From positions 1 to 64,000 of the forward strand of contig DF237326.1 in assembly GCA_000708835.1 (NCBI GenBank): a DNA stretch of 64,000 bases, in the 5' to 3' direction. Below the pieces are notes generated by a model. It did not search any database. It worked only from the letters and a program-made list of their open reading frames with translations, and was not told the DNA's origin. Positions within the stretch are counted from its first letter, which is position 1. Every line of letters starts with the position of its first letter. Shown in pieces: positions 39,350-50,004 of this stretch. The translations under genes and the position numbers were made by a program. The DNA is from Klebsormidium nitens (Eukaryota; Plantae; Klebsormidiophyceae).

Positions 39350-42300
39350 ATGGCGCAAACTGCTCTTCATTGCAGGACCTGCGCAGCGCTGACCGTGAGC
39401 TTTTCTCAGCAAACCTCAGCCTCTTCTCAGTCTCCTCACAAAACCCCTGGTGTCCTCGCACCGCAGTCATACGGAGTGTTGCCTTCCGGCATACCACTCC
39501 AGCATTGTCAGCATTTGACAGCGTTCCATGAAGCTAGACCCAGGCCACGGCGTTGCAGTGCCCGGAGACCTGTCCGCGCTGCTGTTGCTGACCCACCGTT
39601 GAGTGGGGGCATACAGTGGGGCTCACCGGCTGTCAGAGATGTGCAGTGGGGAGAGCCGCAGAGGGGCACAGCTGCGACAAAGACAGTAGAGGTGAGGGGT
39701 GGACTGCTGTGAAGTAGCAGATGGGCAGTCAGAAAATGGAGCGCACCTTTTAAACAGTCAAATCCAAGACCGGCGGTCTACAGTCCCTGTGTACAGCACC
39801 CATCGATTGTTCTCTGTGTTATACAGTGCCCATCGAAAGTTGCCCCCTGGCGCTTCAAGAAAACCAAGCCTCAGTTTATAACTTTTGTCCCCCCCATGCG
39901 TGCCGACTATTTCTTCTGAAGGATGGGCATCCAGGTTTTTCTCTACTCATCTGATAAGCTGAGTTTTGGAGTTCCCCGCTTCATTAGACAAGCCAGTCTT
40001 TGGACAATCCTTGTGCCCTTGCAGTTAGTCCCCACTCGAGGCACTCCGTCAACATATGCTCTCTACCAGCCACCCGCTGAAAATATGGACACATACTCAG
40101 TAAGTGCTGAAGAGGCGGCTGCAGCAGCTCGGGCAACTAACGTTCCAGTGTACAACCCCGATGCAATGGCGCGGGAGTATAGCAGGCAGCCACTCAAGGT
40201 TAGCCCTCACTGTTTTCTCCCCTTTTATGGGCGCGGTGGGTGTGTTGTTCGAAATCGCACAGGCCCAGTCAATCGGTAGGGTGCCACCTTGCAGGTCTTT
40301 ACTGTGACTGGTTCTGACACTCGGTTGTGTAAGCTCAGCGGCTATCGAGCGACAGCGGGCTGCCCATCGTGTCTGTATCCGGTGGCAGTGGAGAAGGCTA
40401 GGTTTACCTGAAACACCTTTGTTGGCTGGAACGACTCTTTTGCCAAACCAGAGGTATAGCTAGAGGAGAAGGCTTGAAATCAACAGAGATATTGATAGAA
40501 AACGTGTGTGTGTGTGTTCCCCGTAGGTATTAAGGCGAGCGTTGCAGATTGTGACGACCATTGGCAGCTTTGGGCTGACCCTGCTCCAGGACCGGCAGCG
40601 CGGCCGCCTGGACTCGCGCACCATGGTTCTGCGCGCCAAGCAGCTCCGGGGGCAGCTCACGCAGCTGGGGCCAACGTTTGTCAAGGTGGGGGCCCAAAAG
40701 TGTCAAAAACGTGCCTGCTATGAAGGGCCACCGTTGGCACTCAGATGAGACGCAAGCGTTCAAGACCTTCTGGTCAAGATCTCGTTCCACATGGACAGGA
40801 TTTTGGAGCAACTTCGTGGCTGTCCTTGTCAACTTTCTGTTACTCATGTGACCAGACCAGCCGGCCATTCCCGGGAAGAGTGACGTGAACCCTTCGTATC
40901 GTCACTGCAGGTGGGGCAAGCCTTGAGCACGCGGCCCGACCTGTGTCCCCCGGAGTACCTCGAGGAGCTGGCAGCCCTGCAGGTGCGCTTATCTGGAACA
41001 TGCTCTTGCCGAGCATCCTCCCCCCACCTGACGAGAATCTTTCACGGTCTGTTGGGCGAGATCTTTGAGACCGCCGTGTAGATTCCGGCTCCTGCTGACA
41101 GTGATGCTGCATGGGCACCTCAGAGCCAGCCTGATCAAAGATGAGCACTCTTCTTCAAACCATGATCTAAGAGCGGTGTGTCCTTGTAGATATAGCAACA
41201 CTATTATAGGATGGCGATGGTTTAGTGAGGCCACTATCCCCCCGCCTCTTCTAAGCAGTACCAATTTGCGGACATCGCAGGACGCCCTGCCCACGTTTTC
41301 GGACGCTGAAGCCTTCAGCCTGATTGAGCGCGAGCTGGGTGGTCCCCTCGAGTCGTACTTCTCGTCCATCACAGCCACGCCCATCGCGGCAGCCAGCCTG
41401 GGGCAGGTGAGGCGCGCAATTGCAAGCCTCGCGGCTTTGGAATCAGGGGCCTCGCAAGCGCCCAACTGTTGAAATCTGGGGTCTGAGGATCCCGTCAATC
41501 TACTTCACAACTTCGTATCAATCTCCTCTACTTGCCTATCCTCTGCATGAAGCATCCCAAAAGCTTTCCGCTTCCGAGAAAAATCTGATGTTCCAGGTAC
41601 CGCACTACCTGAGCTGTCGCTGTGCTATAGATTAGTCGGTGATTCAGCCTGCCACCTTCGTTATGCATGATCGCGGCGTAAAATTTCAATCAAAGCGACC
41701 GTTCAAAGTTGCCTGCCGTTTAGCAATCTCAGCAATAAGTTTTATTGGGCTGCTTGTGATCAAGGGACCTCGCGTGTACAGGTGTACAAGGCGCGGCTGC
41801 GGCGCGACGGCAGCCTGGTGGCGGTGAAGGTGCAGCGGCCGGGCATCGTGGAGCAGATCAGCTTGGACTTTTACCTGGTGCGCGCCGCGTGCCAGCTGGT
41901 GGACAAGTACGTGGACGCTGTCACCACGCCGCTGGTGCCTCTCGTCGACGAGTTTGCCGCGCGCGTCTACCAGGAACTCAACTACGTCCAGGTCAGCGCA
42001 CGGCTCGCCAAACTCATCTGCCTGCCTCACGGCGATGGCACAGAACATTTTATTAAACAACGAAGAATTGAATCTCTGACCCGGGTTCTTTCGTCGCATA
42101 TCATAATCAAGGATCGCCGTTGGGGGTTTACACGCTAGCCGACTCCGCTTTGTCCTACTGCGGGGTGTCTCTAGGCCCTTCTGCCCACGAGGTTTCGTCG
42201 GGATGTTTTCTGCAGAGTGTCCGACGATCTCACCCTTTCTTCTTTGACTAGTCGCTTTTGAGTGCCCGCCAAGCCGGCAGCGGAGCCATTAGTGCCCTGC

Positions 42301-45300
42301 ATTCTCCTAGGCGTCTTTCACTCAACCCGGTTCGTTGCTCGCGTCTGGTTGGCCAGATTCTAAGCTGTCGTGTCTGGTGCAGGAGGGTCGCAACGCGGAG
42401 CGCTTCCAGCGGCTGTACGGGGACCGCGTGGACGTCAAGGTGCCGGCCATCTACTGGGAGATGACCGCCGCTCGCGTCCTTACCATGGTACGGGGCCAAC
42501 TCACACGTTTACTTCTCAGGTTATAGGAACACGGTCAATGCATCACGGTCAAGCGACTGCGAGATCATTCGGTCCCGTGCTCTCCGCTTGAAGGCTTCTA
42601 TTTTCGCAGGCCGCACAATCGTCGCTTGCAGCCGTCAGGTTGTTAGCATGTCACCCGCGTGCCTTTAGCTTTAGCGGCGGGCCTCAAGTTCGTGCTTCCT
42701 GACGAGCTGACGCTGCATGAAAGAGCTCAGGGCTTCTCCAGCGACGACTGCAGCCTCCCTCGTCTAAGGCTCTCGCTGCAACGCCGCTGGACCTCTTATA
42801 TCCTTCCACACACAGCTGCGGTTCTCCTCCTCAACCCGGAATCAAGCCGTTGAGCTGCAGCGGTGCCCGTGGCGCGTGTGCAGGAGTGGATCCAGGGGAC
42901 GAAGCTGAGCGACCTGCCGGCGATCAAGGCGCAGGGCATGGACATCCTGGCGCTGGTCAACACGGGCATCCAGTGCAGCCTGCGCCAGCTACTCGAGGCG
43001 GGCTTCTTCCACGCAGGTGCGCATGACGCAGGCCGGTGGGATGCCCGCCCGGCCCTTGTCTGCTCAGTCTCGAGTCCGCTTTTCTGAAACCTGCTGCAGT
43101 GCGATAGGATCCACTCAAAAGAGTGCAACTTGCAAACGAAGACGAAGTTAGAGAACACATTTACTGGTCTCCAGACGTCAACCAGACCATGATGTTGTTC
43201 TTATTTCTGGCGGTCTCATTCGCAGACCCGCATCCTGGCAACCTGCTGGCGACCCCGGACGGCAAGCTGGCCTTCCTGGACTTCGGCATGATGAGCGAGA
43301 CGCCGTCCAAGGCACGCCTCGCCATCATCGGTCACGTGGTTCACCTCGTCAACCGGTGAGTGCGCTTCTGGCCCAGGGTACGGTGCAGATTAGGGCCCCG
43401 GCCACAAAGTGGTGGGCGAAAGTGTGTCGGTCGCTGGCCCCCTCCCTTGCCTCGCCTCCCGGATGCGTAGAGCGGCCTCTCTGCGGCGCTAAGGATGGGT
43501 GGCGGGTTGCACTCAATTGGTGTAAAAACAACCTTCGCAAAATGACCGCTGGCTGCCGTATCCGCAGTTGGGATTGAGGTTTTGACAGCTGGATTCGAGA
43601 CTCCGGCCTCGAACACTCTGCTTTTGAACAGGTGCCCAGCCCTTGCTGACGTGAGTTGCGGCGTTACAGGGACTACGAGGCGATGGCGCGCGACTACTAC
43701 GTGCTGGACTTCTTGACCCCGGACGTGGACGTGTCGCCCATCGTGCCGGCGCTGCGCGGCTTCTTCGACGACGTGCTCAGCCTGAGCGTGCAGGAGCTCA
43801 ACTTCAAGACCATCGTCGACGGCCTCGGCGAGCTCTACTACGACTACCCCTTCACCGGTGCGCGCGCCGCCCCGAACCCACCCTACCTGGGCCGCAACTT
43901 GTGTTGTTTGTCTGGGCTTAGCTCGAGCTGTGCTGATCCTGTTGGAGGCAGAGGGGACTGGTGGTGGCACAACCACCAGGTCGACACCAGAGTTGACAGG
44001 CTACCGGTCTGAAACCGCCTCCTTTCGGAGCCCTCTTTACCCAACTCCGGACAAGCTCGAGCGTCGGTTGACCCGTCCCGTTGCTACGCGCAGTCCCGCC
44101 GTACTACGCGCTGATCCTGCGGTCGCTGACGGTGCTGGAGGGGCTGGCCCTGAGCAGCGACCCCGCGTTCAAGGTGCTCGCGGCCGCGTACCCGTACATG
44201 GCCAAGCGCCTCCTCACCGACCGGGACCCCTACCTCCGCGACGCGCTCGTCGAGCTGCTCTTCAAGGACGGCCGCCTCAGGTGCGCCACGCTCACACTTC
44301 CACGATTTGGCGTGCAATTCTTTTCGGATCTGCGGACAGCTCAGGAGAAGAAGCTGCGTTATGACGAGGCCCCCACTGTGACAGGCGAAGTCGTCGTGGA
44401 CACTTGAGAACCTTTTGAAGACTTTTTGTCTTGCCTCTACGTTCTCGTTTTGTCCTGGTCGGACGACTTCCAAATTGCGCGGGCACTCCTGGCTGCTCCA
44501 CCGTGCTACCGACATTCCTCTCTTTCTCCAATTGCACCAGTGTGAGTTGCCCACTACCTGGCGCCTGGTACCCCTGGTTCCTGGGCCCCAGAAGTCTCGG
44601 TTGAGACTCCTGACCGCATCCCTACTCGTTCCCCCGCAGGTGGAACCGGCTGGAGACGCTGCTGGCGGAGGGCAGCAAGGACTCGGACTACCGGGCGGGG
44701 GAGGCGCTCCAGCCCGTGCTGGGCCTCCTGCTGGGGCCCGGCGGCGAACAGCTGCGCCGCCTCGTCGAGCAGGAGGCGGTCAGGGTCACCGAGGTGCGCC
44801 CGCAGCTGCGCGCACAGCCACCAAGGCAGACCGTGGGGCTCGTTCTGCAGTTCCTTGGAAAGCCAAGAGTTGAAAAAGAGATGTGCTCGCAGTCTTTGCT
44901 GCGCAGGGTGCGGTGTGCAGCCGGCCACGATTTTCCACCATGAGGGTAGAAGCACCAGCGAATGTATGTATCTCCGTGGCTCCTGAGAGCACAGCCTAGG
45001 CGCTGACGCAGCCGTTTGACGTCATACTCTGATGCTTCGCAGGCTCTTGTGATCGGACAAATGCTCGAGACGGCCCGCATGCTGCCCACTCCCCTCCAAG
45101 GGCTGGTCCCTTTCTCCCCCGCTGGCACTCGCATCGGGACGCTCGCATTGGGGACGGTGAGGAGTCTCGTTTGTGAAACGACAGCGAATTCCTTGCGGCT
45201 CTTTGTTTCAAGCGGAGACGGATCGTGCACCTTCTTTTCGACATCAAGCTTTGCTATTGTTCACTACATGTGCTTTTTAGCGGCGATTGTGACTGATTGT

Positions 45301-46131
45301 AAGCTCATTTGATTACATCTGAGTGCTCTCATAGTTCCGGCTTGCCTCCTGTGCCGCTTGTCGGCACCGTGGCCTTTGCCTCTGTTTCCTGTGCCGGCCT
45401 CCAGCACGTCAGAAGGAAGTGTTCCGTATATCTGTCCGGGGGGCGTTGCTCTTCGGTTCCGCCGTCACTGGGGTTGACGCGCGTGCGTGCGGTGTGCAGG
45501 GGCTGAAGCCGGAGGACGAGGTGCGGCTGCTGCAGCTGCGGGCGCAGGTGCTGCGCGTGTGGGACCTGCTGCGGAACGACAAGGGCTTCGACCCGGCGTC
45601 GTTGCAGCCCATCCTGCAGGTAACGCCCCGGGAGCGGGACAACCGGCTGGCCCCCACTTGCCGGTCACGCGGCATGCCAGGGGCCATTGCAGGAGGCTGG
45701 ACTGCAAGCGTTGGCTAGTCTGCAGGCGCAAGAGCTAGCACGCCGTGTCACTGGCATCGTGCCACGGTTGTGTATCAGCGACGTTGCTTGGGATGTCACA
45801 TCCAGCCGCACTCTTGCCATGTTAACACGCCGACCAAAGTGTTGCCAACCGGTTCTTCCTGCTCCCTTTGGTCCGAGGAGCAGGCTTCTGATTCTGGTCC
45901 GTCGGGTAGTCGTGAACGCGGTGCTGATCCTGGTTACCCGCTGCTTCCCGCCCTGCCAGAGCTGCCCGTATTTGAGAGCATCTCAGGAGCATCGGATGGC
46001 CATTGCAGGTACTTCAGCGGCCAGAGGCACAGGTACTCAGCATCAACGTGGCCTCGGGGGTGTTCCAGCGATTAGCGGCTCGCTTCTTGCAGCAGCTGCT
46101 GAGACCAGCACCTGCGACAGTACGGACTTGA
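39350..46131 (+). CDS. ABC1K3: Chloroplast (plastoglobule) ABC1/UbiB atypical kinase, ABC1K3-like, multi-exon
   Basis: Transit-peptide-like N-terminus; [113 protein letters not shown]; last exon VLQRPEAQ...QRLAARFLQQLLR...* (46129-46131). The subfamily call rests on recalled similarity to Arabidopsis ABC1K3. Confidence 0.92.
40504..40517. repeat. (GT)7 microsatellite in an ABC1K3 intron
   Basis: GTGTGTGTGTGTGT just upstream of the acceptor. Confidence 0.8.
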
Positions 46132-48262
46132 TTGTACTGTCGTGCCAATCGACCAACCCGGCAAGCAGAGTTGTAGATATTGTCTGCGAGTCGAACATTT
46201 CTATTTGCCATGTTGCATTCGGTCCCGGATGAGTCTAAAACGCACGCGTTGACCTTCAAGTATTAGACAGCGACGTTGGGGCATTATTGGTAGGTATTCC
46301 TGTTGCTTGTCAAGGCACTGAGGACCACTTGGATCTGATCATGCATGTTCACAATTGCTGGATATCATTATCGATGTCTTTGCACTGTTGAGCCGCTTGC
46401 ACGGCCAGGCCCATTGGCCCGGCACACGTGAACAGACCCGCGTGGGCCTAGCTGGCAATATATACGTAATATCTAGATCTTAGCTTGAGCTAGTACGTCC
46501 GTAAGATCTCAATATCATAGCTAAGAAAGGCTCACTCAGCTATAGGCCGAATATCGCATGCAAGCTTCACAAGCTGAAGCTCCAAGAACTCTAATGTCCC
46601 ATCAGTGCGGCACTCCCATGCAAGAGCAAGATCGATGGCCAACATGACCTAGATCTGAAGCTTTGCAATTGTTATACCATGACCGCAGCCTTAAGCATGC
46701 ATGCGCCGGAGCCGGCATGGCCTGTCGGTGATTAAGTTGATCATCTTCGCACGCCAATTCAAGTCTTACCAATGCACATAAATATCTTGTCGATCTCTGA
46801 CATATCTAGCTTGCACTGGCACCATGGCGTGATATCGATCATGCATTAATAAGCAAACACAAATATGCACGGATTGTAGGGTTTGGCAGTGAATGAGGTC
46901 CCGATCCTTGGTTGCGACGTAAAGGCGGAACGCGTGCAAAAGCCGCCGCGCAATCCTCAATCCTCAGGTCAGATTCTTGTAAGTTAGCCTTCAATATGCA
47001 AGATGTCACAGTCAGTGTGGATCAGGCGGATATGACGTGCATGCATCATAGAGTATTTAAAGCGAACGCGCCGCTCCGCCGCACATTAAGAAAGGTCGGA
47101 ACCTCAATTATGCATACATTGCAAGCTGATCGTTGGCATGGCCGGCCCAGTGGAGTTCTTCAAGACGTCCGCATTGTATCTGCCGCGGAACTCAGTATGC
47201 AGCCTGCATGGTATTGCCCCGGTATTGCATGCAATTAACCGTTTCATGCCTCCGGCCGCCCGCATGAGTACGTATTTAATGCAATATAAGCGGCCTGCAC
47301 AATGGTGGAATCTAGGTAGTGATTCGTGCAATTGGATCGTCAACACCTGTTGAATAATGTGACATGATACATCATGATTCAGGTTTGTATGATTGCAGAC
47401 TGTCAGCCTATATACTGAGTTCGTTGCGGGGTGTGCCGGCCGCGGTGTGCCTCAGAGCGACCTTAAAGAGGGCGTCAGATATCAAAGCGCACTAGTGGCA
47501 TCTGAACCCTGACTCAAAATCATCTAAGTTATGAAGCACGGAAGACGGAACAAGTATCTGACTTGTTCTTCAGATAGAATCGTTCTTGCTATCTTGTGGA
47601 CCGCAAGTGGCGAGGATGCTTCTGGCTCTGCCATTCGTATCATCGGACGGACTACATCGCACCTTGAAATGTGGCCCGAGCGACCAAATGCCCCATTTTC
47701 GGGGTACATGGTCGCCGAGGCATTGCGGGTCACAGGACGCCCTGGGCCCTGTCTAAGCGTTCATATATTAAGAGAATTTGAACGGCGAACTGAATGACTG
47801 AAGCGATATTTCCATGTTTTACTATCATCACTGATACCGTCAGGCCACAGTATATTCAGCCAGTCAACTTTGCTATCATTGAAAACGGTATCAAACTTTG
47901 TGGCAGACTAGTAGGATACAAGCTCCCGAGACCCTTTGACTTTGTCCCAGTTACATTGATAACTCCCGCTGACAGTCTACAGTGCCAATGATATCAGTGG
48001 AGCTTATATCAGCTGATTGCACTATCCATCATAAATCTTGGCACTTTTGTCTTCATGGATACATGACATACCGCATGCCTGTGTTTCTGACCAAACGTGT
48101 TGCCTGTGTTTTACGTTCATTTTGATAACATCACCTGAAGCTCCCGGTACAGCATAGATGGCGCCTGGCCGGCGTTAGAAAAGTCAAGCCGGTTATATGC
48201 GGTTAGTCACATGGCTCGAGTTACCCTGAGTTCGCAACTAGCACGCATATAACAGTTCTGCC

Positions 48263-49019
48263 NNNNNNNNNNNNNNNNNNNNNNNNNNNNNNNNNNNNNN
48301 NNNNNNNNNNNNNNNNNNNNNNNNNNNNNNNNNNNNNNNNNNNNNNNNNNNNNNNNNNNNNNNNNNNNNNNNNNNNNNNNNNNNNNNNNNNNNNNNNNNN
48401 NNNNNNNNNNNNNNNNNNNNNNNNNNNNNNNNNNNNNNNNNNNNNNNNNNNNNNNNNNNNNNNNNNNNNNNNNNNNNNNNNNNNNNNNNNNNNNNNNNNN
48501 NNNNNNNNNNNNNNNNNNNNNNNNNNNNNNNNNNNNNNNNNNNNNNNNNNNNNNNNNNNNNNNNNNNNNNNNNNNNNNNNNNNNNNNNNNNNNNNNNNNN
48601 NNNNNNNNNNNNNNNNNNNNNNNNNNNNNNNNNNNNNNNNNNNNNNNNNNNNNNNNNNNNNNNNNNNNNNNNNNNNNNNNNNNNNNNNNNNNNNNNNNNN
48701 NNNNNNNNNNNNNNNNNNNNNNNNNNNNNNNNNNNNNNNNNNNNNNNNNNNNNNNNNNNNNNNNNNNNNNNNNNNNNNNNNNNNNNNNNNNNNNNNNNNN
48801 NNNNNNNNNNNNNNNNNNNNNNNNNNNNNNNNNNNNNNNNNNNNNNNNNNNNNNNNNNNNNNNNNNNNNNNNNNNNNNNNNNNNNNNNNNNNNNNNNNNN
48901 NNNNNNNNNNNNNNNNNNNNNNNNNNNNNNNNNNNNNNNNNNNNNNNNNNNNNNNNNNNNNNNNNNNNNNNNNNNNNNNNNNNNNNNNNNNNNNNNNNNN
49001 NNNNNNNNNNNNNNNNNNN
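48263..49019. other. Assembly gap (757 N)
   Basis: Run of N characters. Confidence 1.
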
Positions 49020-50004
49020 ACCCGCTGTTAAAGGGTTAACCTTCGGGTTATGTCAGTCAGGATATCCTATGAATACCGGTACTTCGATTGTAAGTGCACG
49101 ACGCACGAGTCACGACTCATTCAACAGATTTCCGAATCCTGCGTGCCTTTACTTTTCCACAAAAGCCAATCATTGTCACAATTCAGGATGGGACGCGGAC
49201 AATCATATGCAAATTTGATTCCTAGTCTTTTGCCGTTCATTTCTCCAGTAGCGAGATCGAACGGTTGGTTTCGTAAGAATGAGACTCGGCGAATGGAAAG
49301 GGACGTCATCTCGAAGTCAGCAGACCAAGCACTTCTTTTACAGGGGTAGATTTTAGCATGATTTTAAGGGGGCCTTGAAGGAGCAAAATTGGTGGGAGCA
49401 GGATTGAATCGATATTGTGTAAACGTCTGTTCACGTGTACCACGTGAGCACAATCACGGAAGCATGGTGCGGGTCTGGAATCTGGATGTCTTCAGAGCAT
49501 GAGCTGATCAACAGTACGGCTGGGAGGAGTACCGTAGGTAGACTGTATAGGACCAGGTCATCCAGCGTTCCCCCAACTCACCAGACTGCACCAGGCTGTC
49601 TATTAACCTTTCCTACAGGAGTCAGGACCATGGCCTGCACAGTCAGGGACCAGGACATTAGGTATTATTGGCATTGCGTAACCCACTGTCCTTGAGAGAG
49701 AGTGAGATGTCGTCATCCAAGAGAATAGGTGCACAAAGGGCGTACACACTGCACAGCTTATTCAAAGCATACGGTAGCTGGAGTCTCACAGCTGCCCCAG
49801 CATGGCGATCAGCGAGACGCGTACCACTACAAATTACCAGGTGGCAGGAAGATTTGCTGTCAGATCACAGCTCCAGCAGGCATCACGCCACTTTCTGACC
49901 GTCTCTTTTCATCCCGCTACCATACAGGCGCGGCCGTATCACCTTGCTGCAGCGCACTGTGCCGACCCCCTGCCAGGGCGTGAGTCCCCGCGTTGCTGTG
50001 GGCT

